Source of the DNA: Candidatus Latescibacterota bacterium
Lineage (GTDB): Bacteria; Latescibacterota; UBA2968; UBA8231
Assembly (NCBI GenBank): GCA_965261395.1
Contig: OZ253462.1
Location: 6,432,001 to 6,496,000 of the forward strand
Length of the DNA: 64,000 nt
Direction: 5' to 3'
Numbering within the stretch: position 1 is the stretch's first letter; every line of letters begins with the position of its first letter. Positions 1 to 8,807 of the stretch are shown one piece after another. Position numbers and translations under genes: made by a program. Under the pieces are notes generated by a model, which saw only the letters and a list, made by a program, of their open reading frames with translations, was not told the DNA's origin and ran no database searches.

Positions 1-690
1 GAAGCGGATGCCGACCAAGCCCAAGACGAACAGGCCCAACAGGTGGATGCGCTCGTCAAACCCCGTGGCACTGCCCTCCACCGGGACCAATACCTCATCG
101 ACGATGTGCTTGGTAATCAGCGGTGGGGCCAATTCTGCGACCGTGGTGGCAATGGAGGCAAAAGCCAAGATGCCCGCTTTGAGCTTGTACGGGCCGATGT
201 AGCTGGCGATGCGCTTGAGGGTCGCCAGTTTCTTGATACACGCCGGACAGATGCCGTTTTTCTCCGGCAAGAGCTGGTGACAGCGCTCACAGCGGGTCCG
301 GTCCAAGTGCCCGTTGACGGCAAAGGGCTGGCCCTGGCGCAACTGCTCCAAGCCCCGCGCCACCTCGGACATTTTGTCGGCCTCCGAGCGCGTGTAGCCC
401 AGCGCCAAGGTCGGTGCATCCACGCGCTCGATCTCCAACTGGCCACCGCCGACGAGCGCGTCGGTGCGCACCCCGGCCAGCGAGGCGAGTGGGATATCGA
501 TGACCTCGCCCTGAGCAGGTACGACGAGAATCCGACGCGGGGTGGCCACCAGCCACTGGCGACCAAAGCGCCCGTCGGCATCCAAATCCGTAGCGGCGCG
601 GATTAGCACCTCCTCCTCAGCGGGCAAGGCGGCGGCAATCCGCGCGGCCATGGGCGCGTCGGCTGACTCTAGCAGTTTTTGCATACTCAT
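1..690 (-). CDS. ABC transporter permease/ATP-binding protein, N-terminal part (runs off the window), with an N-terminal extension and CxxC...CxxC zinc ribbon
   Basis: Not in the ORF track. Read by hand from ATG at 690: MSMQKLLESADAPMAARIAAALP...RCERCHQLLPEKNGICPACIKKLATLKRIASYIGPYKLKAGILAFASIATTVAELAPPLITKHIVDEVL..., a typical start of an ABC exporter TM domain; the frame stays open to position 1. Confidence 0.75.
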   Translation of the reverse strand, partial: MSMQKLLESADAPMAARIAAALPAEEEVLIRAATDLDADGRFGRQWLVATPRRILVVPAQGEVIDIPLASLAGVRTDALVGGGQLEIERVDAPTLALGYTRSEADKMSEVARGLEQLRQGQPFAVNGHLDRTRCERCHQLLPEKNGICPACIKKLATLKRIASYIGPYKLKAGILAFASIATTVAELAPPLITKHIVDEVLVPVEGSATGFDERIHLLGLFVLGLVGIRF

Positions 691-850
691 ATATTAGCAA
701 AACCCCGGGAGTGGCCCCGCAAAACAGGTGGATTCAACCCTGAAAAAGCTACTCTTGGCGCTTGGACAATGGCAAGGGAAAACTGGGTAAGGGCGCTCGG
801 TTGTGGACCATTGTTTTTCCAATTCGCTCTTATCCTTACATTATAGGTCT

Positions 851-1648
851 ATGACCGCTATGACCGCAGACCAAAAGACGCTGGTGCCCTCGTCTCGCGC
901 AGAGCGCAACCAGCAGCTAGCGCACTACCTCCGCGATCTAGCCTTGGAGCAGATGCCCGCCGAGGACCTTTTGCGCTGGGCCAGCGAGACCTTTCCCGGT
1001 CGGGCTATCCTCAATACTAGCTTCCAGTACACCGGGGTTGCGATGATCCACATGGCGATGTCCATGGGGCTAAATTTGCGCTTTGCCACCATCGACACCC
1101 TGCGGCTCCACCCCGAGACGCACGCCTTCATGGAGGAAGTCAAAGCGCGCTACGGCTGTCACTTTGAGGTCGTCCAGCCCAAGCGCGGTGATGTCGAGCG
1201 GATGGTCGCACGCCACGGCGAGTATTTGTTTTTTGACTCCAAGGAAAAACAGGAGCACTGCTGCCAAGTGCGGAAGGAATGGCCCAACAACGCGCTCTTA
1301 AAGACGGTCGATTGCTGGATCTCAGGGCAGCGTTGGGACCAGTCCGAGCATCGCCAGCAAACGGCGAAAAAGGCGACTTTGATTGACGAGTACGGCACCC
1401 GACGCAAAGTACTCAAGCTCAATCCATTGGTGGACTGGAGCGAAGAAGCGTTGATGGAGTTTACGCGGGCAAACGACTTGCCGGTGCATCCGCTCTACGG
1501 CCAAGGCTACCCGAGCTTTGGCTGCATCATCTGCTCCACCCCGATCCGGCCCGACGAACACAAGCGCAACGGTCGCTGGCGTTGGTTCAACAAGCAAGCC
1601 GACGGCGCAGACGACCACAAAGAGTGCGGACTGCACTACAACATCTGA
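851..1648 (+). CDS. cysH: Assimilatory adenosine-5'-phosphosulfate (APS) reductase, CysH family, 4Fe-4S type
   Basis: TSF motif, IDTLRLHPET, CC-x-x-RK (CCQVRK), KLNPLVDW, GYPSFGCIICS (CxxC), GRW and C-terminal ECGLH; start ATG at 851 or 860. Confidence 0.9.
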   Translation: MTAMTADQKTLVPSSRAERNQQLAHYLRDLALEQMPAEDLLRWASETFPGRAILNTSFQYTGVAMIHMAMSMGLNLRFATIDTLRLHPETHAFMEEVKARYGCHFEVVQPKRGDVERMVARHGEYLFFDSKEKQEHCCQVRKEWPNNALLKTVDCWISGQRWDQSEHRQQTAKKATLIDEYGTRRKVLKLNPLVDWSEEALMEFTRANDLPVHPLYGQGYPSFGCIICSTPIRPDEHKRNGRWRWFNKQADGADDHKECGLHYNI

Positions 1649-1661
1649 GAGAAACCGCGCA

Positions 1662-2012
1662 ATGGCCCACACCTTGGAATGGCGCTACCATCGCCCCGGC
1701 TGAACGAGCTGCAAGCGCGCACAAGAGTTTCTTGTGCAGAACGGCATTGCCGACGGCGTCGTGCAGAGTGCGACCAAAAAACCAGTCTCCGGCACGGCAG
1801 CCCTCGCCTTGCTAGCGGGCGCGACCGAGCTGTTCGTCGCCCAAGGGCAGCGCGTCCTCCGCTTCGACCTAGCGTCGCAACGACCCGCGGACGAAGAATT
1901 GCTCCCACTTCTGTTGGGGCGTTCTGGCAAGCTCCGCTCACCCGCGTTCCGCTGCGGGACGCGCCTGATCGTCGGCTACAACCAAGCACTACTGCCGCTG
2001 GCTTTGGGGTAG
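1662..2012 (+). CDS. ArsC/Spx-like (seleno)protein with UxxC motif; selenocysteine at codon 14 (TGA 1701-1703)
   Basis: MAHTLEWRYHRPG-TGA-TSCKRAQEFL...LLGRSGKLRSPAFRCGTRLIVGYN. Track ORFs 1518..1703 and 1734..2012 are the same frame separated only by this TGA, which falls where the first Cys of the ArsC-family CxxC is expected; a hairpin follows. Confidence 0.85.
1719..1737 (+). promoter_or_regulatory. Putative bacterial SECIS hairpin
   Basis: GCACAAG-AGTTT-CTTGTGC: perfect 7-bp stem, loop starting about 22 nt after the UGA, G at loop position 2. Confidence 0.7.
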
Positions 2013-2024
2013 ATGGAGAAGGGT

Positions 2025-3152
2025 ATGTCAAATTCGACTTTGGAAAATGATGCCTACCTCAACGAAGAAGAGAGCGATGTTGAAGAAGAGAGGGAAGATC
2101 CGGAAGAAAAAATTACAACTCCATTCAACCCTGAGCAGATCAAAATTCGTACCACCCAGATCGTCGTCGAACAGCTTATATCGCGTATCAAGCACGAGGA
2201 AATTGACCTAGCACCAGATTTCCAACGACAGGCCGGCATCTGGAACGACGAGCGCAAGAGCCGCCTCATCGAATCGCTGTTGTTGCGCATTCCCCTCCCG
2301 GTATTCTATGTCGCCGCTGACGAGTCTGAAAAGTGGTCGGTCGTCGACGGCATTCAGCGCATGAAGACCATCTATGACTATGTGACGGGCAAGTTCCCTC
2401 TGAAACGACTTGAATATCTAACCAAACTCAACGGATGTACGCACGACGAACTGCGGAGGCCATTGCAGCGACGAATCAGTGAAACCCAACTTATCGTCAA
2501 CGTCATAGAGTCGGGTACTTCACCAGACGTGCTGTTCAATGTCTTTCGACGTATCAATACAGGTGGCATGACGTTGAATGGACAGGAAATACGCCATGCA
2601 CTGAACCCAGGTCCAGTTCGGGATTATCTGAAGGAACTTGCCGAATCCGACGAGTTCAAAAAAGCCACGGACGGTAGCATCAATCCAAAACGGATGGCTG
2701 ATCGGGAATGCGTACTCCGATTCCTCGCTTTCCATATCACTCCGTGGGAAAACTATTCCTCCAACGATCTCAATGGCTACCTTGTACGCACTATGCAGGA
2801 AATCAACGACATGAGTGAGTGTGAGCGAAACAACTTCGCTGTTGATTTCCGGAAAGCAATGTTAGCAGCGTCCGATATATTCGGTGAGAACGCATTCCGC
2901 AAACCATCTAGCGAACGCCGACTTCCAATTAATAAGGGTATTTTTGAGGCATGGACCGTTCAGTTGGCGCGTTGTTTGCCAGAGCAGATAAGAGTGCTTG
3001 TCGAACGGCGGAATGACACCCAATGTCGTTTCAAAGAACTGATAGCAGAAGACAGCGATTTTCTAGAGGCCATCTCCTATACGACTGGATCACCACAAAA
3101 CGTACAGAAGCGATTCCAAGCAATTGAGCAACTTGTCAAGGAGTTCGTCTGA
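2025..3152 (+). CDS. DUF262 (ParB-like/GmrSD N-terminal) protein, Menshen NsnA-like
   Basis: PDFQR, SRLIESLLLRIPLP, VVDGIQR and FRRINTGG motifs; GGAG SD before ATG 2025 (alternative start 2013); lower GC than the flanks. Confidence 0.85.
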   Translation: MSNSTLENDAYLNEEESDVEEEREDPEEKITTPFNPEQIKIRTTQIVVEQLISRIKHEEIDLAPDFQRQAGIWNDERKSRLIESLLLRIPLPVFYVAADESEKWSVVDGIQRMKTIYDYVTGKFPLKRLEYLTKLNGCTHDELRRPLQRRISETQLIVNVIESGTSPDVLFNVFRRINTGGMTLNGQEIRHALNPGPVRDYLKELAESDEFKKATDGSINPKRMADRECVLRFLAFHITPWENYSSNDLNGYLVRTMQEINDMSECERNNFAVDFRKAMLAASDIFGENAFRKPSSERRLPINKGIFEAWTVQLARCLPEQIRVLVERRNDTQCRFKELIAEDSDFLEAISYTTGSPQNVQKRFQAIEQLVKEFV

Positions 3153-4402
3153 TGCTTCGCAATATCAAGCTGATGCACTTCAAGTGCTTTGAGCAGTTGG
3201 AGCTGAATTGCAAACAGCTCAATCTTCTCTGCGGTTTGAACGGGATGGGCAAGAGTAGCGTCATCCAAGCATTACTTATACTCCGGCAATCGTTCGAAAC
3301 TGGAGAATTACTCGCCGGCAGACTGGCCTTGAACGGTGAGCGAGTAGCTGTAGGTACAGGCGCGGATGTGCTGTTTGAAGACGCTGAGCACGATGTGTTG
3401 GAATTCGTACTTGAAAGCGACAAAATAGAAACACCATGGAAAATGGAGTTTGATTGTCTTAGGACTAGTACGGCGGATAGTATGGCGGACATTCTGGATA
3501 CATCGTCCAGCAGGACTAGGGCAATCAAAAGCCAAATCGACGAAAAAACGGACAAATTTTTGAAAGAGCGTCTGGATAAGGACCAAAGCCAAATCGACGG
3601 AGAGGTAATCCGAGAGGTACTCACAGAGTTTTTGTACATGCCTGTAGAATGGCGTGATATGCCACCGTTTGGAGGGGAACTCGTTTACATAAATGCAGGA
3701 CGGGTCGGGTCCCGGCAGTTGTACCCAGTCTCCACCGACGTGTTGACTAGACGAGGTGACTTCGGTGAAAGCGGCGAGTATGCGTGGGACTATCTAAATC
3801 GCCATCAGAACGACCTCCTGCAAGCGGACGATCCTCGTTGTGTTGAAGGAAGCGACCGTCGGCTGTCCACCGTCGTTGATCACTGGCTACAGGATGTGTG
3901 CCCCGGTGCTCATCTACAACTTGAAGAGGTGAAAGCTGCTGACGCGGTCATCGCCGGATTTACGTTCGACCGGGAGGACGATGTGGCTTCCCGACGGCAT
4001 CGTGCGACCAATGTCGGGTTTGGTCTGTCGTACGCGCTGCCGGTCATCCTTGCCCTGCTTTCAAAGCCCGGCACACTATGCCTGATTGAGAACCCAGAAG
4101 CTCACCTGCATCCCCGTGGCCAGACCAAGCTGGCCGAGTTGGCAGCCCGTGCGTCGAAGGCGGGCGTCCAAGTGATTGCTGAGACCCATAGCGATCACTT
4201 CATGGATGGCGTGCGGATCGCGGTCCGGGACGGCCTTATCGAACCAGAAGACGCCGCATTTCATTACTTTGAGCGTAAAGGCAACCAGACGGTCGTCACC
4301 TCGCCGCAGGTAGACTCAGACGGACGGCTGTCGTCGTGGCCGGTCGGGTTCTTCGATCAGCATGACGATAATCTGGCAAGGCTACTTGCACCAAAGGAAT
4401 GA
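3152..4402 (+). CDS. ABC/SMC-like AAA ATPase with C-terminal DUF3696, Menshen NsnB-like
   Basis: Walker A GLNGMGKSS, signature NVGFGLSYALP, Walker B/D-loop LIENPEAHLHP, ETHSDH, C-terminal WPVGFFDQ; TGATG overlap with the upstream gene. Confidence 0.85.
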   Translation: MLRNIKLMHFKCFEQLELNCKQLNLLCGLNGMGKSSVIQALLILRQSFETGELLAGRLALNGERVAVGTGADVLFEDAEHDVLEFVLESDKIETPWKMEFDCLRTSTADSMADILDTSSSRTRAIKSQIDEKTDKFLKERLDKDQSQIDGEVIREVLTEFLYMPVEWRDMPPFGGELVYINAGRVGSRQLYPVSTDVLTRRGDFGESGEYAWDYLNRHQNDLLQADDPRCVEGSDRRLSTVVDHWLQDVCPGAHLQLEEVKAADAVIAGFTFDREDDVASRRHRATNVGFGLSYALPVILALLSKPGTLCLIENPEAHLHPRGQTKLAELAARASKAGVQVIAETHSDHFMDGVRIAVRDGLIEPEDAAFHYFERKGNQTVVTSPQVDSDGRLSSWPVGFFDQHDDNLARLLAPKE

Positions 4403-4403
4403 T

Positions 4404-5366
4404 ATGCGCGAGTTAGTACTGAACGACACCAGTATTGCTGCCGCCGATCAGCGTACTGCTATGGATTGGCTCGTGGATATCGCTAAAGGGATGTCGTTGC
4501 TTGTTATAAAAAAAGTCGTTCAGAACACATTGCGGACGAGTCGCCCTTTACAGGCGATACATTATCGAGGCAACAACTCGCTTTGGGAGATAATCCTTGC
4601 ACTGAAGCAACACGGTTTGAGGGAAGAGTATCTATTTCTCATGCGTAGTAGCGTCAAGTCCCCTCTGACAAACGAGCTTGAACAAGGTATCAAGGATCGG
4701 TTTCTCGCCTGTGGAGGACGGACGTTTCCATCGCCAGCAGGCAATTCCCTCGTCTTATGCGCTATCTCCGATGGAATCGCTGTCAGCTTTCCCTCTGATT
4801 CGGTCTGGGATAGAAACCTAATTAAAGTTGATTTCTACGAACTGAAAGACGACGGAAGTGGCGAGGTAAGTGAGGAAGAAACGTTTGAAGAGATAGACAA
4901 TCTCGCACGCTCCGATCACGCGCCTCCAATATACGAACGCCATCGACAGAGTCTTCGCGGCCAAATCACGAGTTATGCAGAATTGTGGAATAATAGAAAA
5001 CTGGCATTTCCGAATCTCCTATTTGGGCCGGACGTGGAGGATCATCTTAAGAAACTAAATACCAGCAATTTAGGATCTATAGTCGGCAAGTTAGCGAATC
5101 TCAATGCTGCTGCGGCCGAGTGGCCCAACGTTGGAGGCGGCGCACCCCCGTGGAAGAACAGAGCCAGAGTGACCAACGAAAGCGAATCATTGCGGAACCA
5201 CCCTAGGTTGCGAGAACTACGTCTATTCAAATCTCACGATGGCACAAGCCAACTATTCCTGTGGCACGCCCGCTTCAGCGATTCTGGCCGAATTCATCTC
5301 CGTTTCGATCCAAGTTCGCACGAAATCGAAATCGGCTACATTGGACAGCACTTGCCTCTCCCCTAA
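4404..5366 (+). CDS. Putative defence effector with C-terminal RelE/ParE-like ribonuclease domain, Menshen NsnC-like
   Basis: C-terminal HARF...GRIHLRFD...IEIGYIGQHLP pattern typical of RelE-like domains next to DUF3696 ATPases; ATG 4404 directly after the upstream stop. Confidence 0.6.
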   Translation: MRELVLNDTSIAAADQRTAMDWLVDIAKGMSLLVIKKVVQNTLRTSRPLQAIHYRGNNSLWEIILALKQHGLREEYLFLMRSSVKSPLTNELEQGIKDRFLACGGRTFPSPAGNSLVLCAISDGIAVSFPSDSVWDRNLIKVDFYELKDDGSGEVSEEETFEEIDNLARSDHAPPIYERHRQSLRGQITSYAELWNNRKLAFPNLLFGPDVEDHLKKLNTSNLGSIVGKLANLNAAAAEWPNVGGGAPPWKNRARVTNESESLRNHPRLRELRLFKSHDGTSQLFLWHARFSDSGRIHLRFDPSSHEIEIGYIGQHLPLP

Positions 5367-6829
5367 TCCACCTTGTGCGGATAGCTCCGCTCCCACCCCG
5401 CCGCACCGAACACCTTATTGGCCCACAGAGGGCCGCTTTCAGAGTCGTCCACCAAATTGTAGGCGTGCGAGGACTGCACGGAGCGCATAACTTCGCGCCA
5501 GAGCGCGGCGTCTAAGTGCCGGTATTCGGCTGCGTGCGAGGCGGATTCGGCGAGATTGTGCTGTTCTTGGGAATCTTCCTGTAAATCGAAAAGCCCGGTC
5601 GCGCCGTTGCCGTACTTCACCAGCTTGTGCCGCCCGTCGTAGGCCATCCAGCCGGACTGCAAGCCGCCGACGAGCATGTCGCGCGGAGAATCGCCGGCCA
5701 AGCCCAAGCCAGGCAGAGGCCTAGCGTCCATGTACTCCGGCACGCCGTGGCCAGACGCGGCCAGCAGGGTGGCGGTGACGTCCGTGAGGCAGACCAAATC
5801 GTCGCGCACCGCGCCGTCGGCACCGCCCGGCGGGCGCACTAGCATGGGCACGTGGCAGCTACCCTCGTAGAAATTGCCCTTGGCGTTTACTCCGTGATCC
5901 CCGACCAAGTCGCCGTGATCCGAGGCAAAGATGACGAGGGTGTTGTCGAGGCGACCGCTTTCCTCCAGCGCGGCGAGGATGCGGCCGACCTCGTGGTCTA
6001 TCTGCAAGATGAGCGCGGAGTAATGGGCGCGCACCTTGCGCTTCTGCTCCTCGGTGTAAGGGCCTTCGGTCTCTGGAGTCCATATCGGCACGCCCGGCCG
6101 AGGCCGGGGATGGATGCCCTCGCGGACATTGCGGTGGATGGGGTCGCCGGGGGCGGGGGCGGGAATTTTATCGACATCGACTTTGGCCAAAAACTCCGGC
6201 GTGGGGTCGTAGGGGTCGTGCGGGCCGGGAAAGCCCACTATGCAGGCGAAGGGCCGTTCGTCGTCGTACTCGCGGATGAAGCGCGCCGCCTCCTCGCCGA
6301 CGAAGTAATCCCAGTAGCAGTCCCAAGGCAAAAGCGACACGCAAGCACCGCGATTCTCGTCGTAGCCAGCGTGTTCCTTGCCCATGTACTTGCGGTGGCC
6401 GCGCTGTTGCAAATAGTGCCAGTAGTCGTCTTGGATGTTGACCCACACCTTGTCCTCGCAGGCGATGCGATGTTGGAAGCCAAAAGAGGCGTCCCAAGGA
6501 TAGAAGTGCATTTTGCCGATGGCCGAGGTGCAATAGCCGTAGTCGGTCAACATCTCCGCCCAAGTGCGGATGCCGCACGCAGCGTGGTCCGGGCGCAGGT
6601 AGTTGCCGTTGGTCAGCACGTGAGTTCGCCAAGCGTTGAGACCAGTAAGCAGCGAACAACGCGCCGGCACGCAGACCGGGTGCAAGCTATAGGCGCGGTC
6701 GTAGCGGATGCCCTCAGCAGCGATGCGGTCGATGTTGGGCGTGGAAATGTGGGGGGCACCATAGCAGCCGAGAAAGTCGTGGCGCATCTGGTCGGGCATG
6801 ATGAACAGCAAATTGGGTCGATCGCTCAT
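5363..6829 (-). CDS. Formylglycine-dependent sulfatase (arylsulfatase/choline-sulfatase-like)
   Basis: RPNLLFIMPDQ, CVPAR (CxPxR), GKMH, PHDPY, SDHG, KGNFYE; stop overlaps the convergent effector gene by 4 nt. Confidence 0.9.
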   Translation of the reverse strand: MSDRPNLLFIMPDQMRHDFLGCYGAPHISTPNIDRIAAEGIRYDRAYSLHPVCVPARCSLLTGLNAWRTHVLTNGNYLRPDHAACGIRTWAEMLTDYGYCTSAIGKMHFYPWDASFGFQHRIACEDKVWVNIQDDYWHYLQQRGHRKYMGKEHAGYDENRGACVSLLPWDCYWDYFVGEEAARFIREYDDERPFACIVGFPGPHDPYDPTPEFLAKVDVDKIPAPAPGDPIHRNVREGIHPRPRPGVPIWTPETEGPYTEEQKRKVRAHYSALILQIDHEVGRILAALEESGRLDNTLVIFASDHGDLVGDHGVNAKGNFYEGSCHVPMLVRPPGGADGAVRDDLVCLTDVTATLLAASGHGVPEYMDARPLPGLGLAGDSPRDMLVGGLQSGWMAYDGRHKLVKYGNGATGLFDLQEDSQEQHNLAESASHAAEYRHLDAALWREVMRSVQSSHAYNLVDDSESGPLWANKVFGAAGWERSYPHKVD

Positions 6830-6986
6830 AGTTGCATTCTCTTCTCTACGGCCTATCTGTTCGTTGAGATCCTCGGTTGACAACGGCGCGACGTGCGGAT
6901 CCATCGCTGTTGGGCAGGTGAGTGGATTTTCTGCCGGCGATCTACAAAGTAAAGGAGATCGGGCCGTTCATACAATGATGAGGCGG

Positions 6987-8381
6987 CTATGGTTTTGGCC
7001 GGGCGATGACCAGTCGTTTGAACAGGTCACCGCGCTCGGCGTAGCTGGAGAACTGATCGAAGCTGGCGCAGGCCGGCGAAAGCAACACCACGTCGCCGCT
7101 TTGGCCGAGCTGGCGGACCGCGTCCAAGGCCGCGGCAAGGTCGTCGCATTGGTGGATAAGCGAGCCGGCACCGGCTTGCTGTATGGCGGCGGCAAGGCGC
7201 GGAGCTTCTTGGCCGATGAGCAGGGCCGCGCGGACGTTGGCTGCGGCAATAGCGGTGCCCAAGGCACTAAAGTCGGCCCCTTTGGAAGCGCCACCCGCGA
7301 TCAGCAGCAGGGGCGCGTCAAAGGCGCGGATGGCAGCACAGGTCGCATCGACTGTCGTCGCCAGCGAGTCGTTGTAATAGGCCACGCCGTCGCGCTCGGC
7401 GACGTATTCGAGGCGGTGGGGCAGGCCCGCAAAGGAGCGAATGGCCTCGGCAAAATGGGTCGCTGGCGCACCAAAAGCCAAAGCACCGGCTACCGCGGCG
7501 GCGGCGTTGCTCCAGTTGTGCCGTCCCCGCAGAGGAATGTCGGCCACCGGACAAATGGCGATCGGCTGTGCCCCAGGGCAGCAAGCCCACAACTGGCCGT
7601 CGGCAATCCACGCACCCGGAGCGCTCGGAGCGGTTGTGCTAAAGGCCCAAAGGGTGGCTGGACTCTCTGCAGCAAAAGCCCGAGCCGTGGGACAGTCCCG
7701 ATTGACGACGAGGATATCGCCGGGCTTTTGGTAGCGACACACCGGCTTTTTAGCGGCGACGTATTCGGCGCGGTCGGCGTGGTAGTCGAGGTGGTCCTCG
7801 GTGATGGAGAGGACCACGGCGATGTGGGGGCTTTGGTCGAGGTCTTGCAATTGGAAGCTGGACAGCTCTAGGACCACGCGGTCGGTTGGCTGCAACTCGT
7901 CAATGAATTCGAGCGGCGGCAGGCCGATGTTGCCGCCGCTAAACACCCGGACCGCAGGATCTGTAGCTAAAAGCGCGTGCAATAGCGTGGTTGTGGTGCC
8001 TTTGCCCTTGGTGCCGGTGACGCCAAGCACTGGCGCGGGACATAGCTGTAAAAAAAGGCGGGTCTGGCTCGACACTTCGACGCCGCAACGGCGCGCAGCG
8101 CGCAGGCACGGGTCCAGCGTCGGCAGACCCGGCGTGCGGAACAGCAGGTCGAAGTCGATCAGGTCGTCGAGATAGCGGTCGCCGATGCGCCACTGTTGCA
8201 CGCCCTCCACCGGAGTGGCCGGGGCGCGGGCGTCGCACACGGAGAAGGGAATCTGGCGCGCATGGAGAAAGCGGGCCAGCGCGCGGTTTTCCACGCCGAG
8301 GCCGAGAAGGGCAATGCGCCGCTGGTGCAAGTGTTGGGTCGCGCTTGACTCTTTGGGGCCGGAGGATTTCTTTAGCGCCAT
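6987..8381 (-). CDS. murD: UDP-N-acetylmuramoyl-L-alanine--D-glutamate ligase
   Basis: GTKGKGTTT, GGNIG, LELSSFQL, DHLDYH, PHRLE, YNDSLAT, LLSPACASFDQF. Confidence 0.92.
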   Translation of the reverse strand: MALKKSSGPKESSATQHLHQRRIALLGLGVENRALARFLHARQIPFSVCDARAPATPVEGVQQWRIGDRYLDDLIDFDLLFRTPGLPTLDPCLRAARRCGVEVSSQTRLFLQLCPAPVLGVTGTKGKGTTTTLLHALLATDPAVRVFSGGNIGLPPLEFIDELQPTDRVVLELSSFQLQDLDQSPHIAVVLSITEDHLDYHADRAEYVAAKKPVCRYQKPGDILVVNRDCPTARAFAAESPATLWAFSTTAPSAPGAWIADGQLWACCPGAQPIAICPVADIPLRGRHNWSNAAAAVAGALAFGAPATHFAEAIRSFAGLPHRLEYVAERDGVAYYNDSLATTVDATCAAIRAFDAPLLLIAGGASKGADFSALGTAIAAANVRAALLIGQEAPRLAAAIQQAGAGSLIHQCDDLAAALDAVRQLGQSGDVVLLSPACASFDQFSSYAERGDLFKRLVIARPKP

Positions 8382-8444
8382 TGAATTCGCAATACGCGCT
8401 TTAACTAAATTAGATAGCGAGAAGGTGCTGTGGCTGTAACAATT

Positions 8445-8807
8445 ATGCGTACGGTGCGGCCTAGTCCGCAATGGCAAGACAGCTTGATCCGGCTAGAGAA
8501 CGGCCAGCGGGTCGTCATCGACGCCGAGGAAACTTGGTCGCCGGACATGCGCAATCAAATCGCTTGGTGCGGTGCCGATGGCTTGTACAACCTGCCGGCT
8601 GGCGAGGGGTATCTCCTGCCGGGGGCCAATGTCGGTGCGCTCGTCGCCCGCATTGGCGACGACGGGCCGATCTTTGCCGTAGGTAGCCGCTGCGACTTTA
8701 TCGCCGACCGCGCGGGCATCCTGCATTTGGCCATGAATGAAAACCCGAGCTTCAACAACCAAGCCGGCAAAATCGTCGCCCAGATCATCGTCTTTGACTC
8801 GCGATGA
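8445..8807 (+). CDS. Small beta-sandwich protein, LecA/PA-IL-like lectin fold
   Basis: WQDSLIRL...W...ADG...GALVARIG...FAVG...GILHLAMNE pattern; ATGA overlap with the next gene. Confidence 0.5.
   Translation: MRTVRPSPQWQDSLIRLENGQRVVIDAEETWSPDMRNQIAWCGADGLYNLPAGEGYLLPGANVGALVARIGDDGPIFAVGSRCDFIADRAGILHLAMNENPSFNNQAGKIVAQIIVFDSR

Noticed and set aside
43-606. 187-aa plus-strand ORF
   Set aside because: Antisense shadow of the minus-strand ABC transporter gene (1-690), which has recognisable motifs.
1662-2012. Pseudogene interpretation of the two UGA-interrupted genes (also 9847-10113)
   Set aside because: Both TGAs fall at conserved Cys positions, are followed by SECIS-like hairpins and leave otherwise intact, operon-coupled frames.
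5852-7871. Long plus-strand ORFs 5852..6880 and 6798..7871
   Set aside because: Antisense shadows of the sulfatase and murD, typical of GC-rich DNA.
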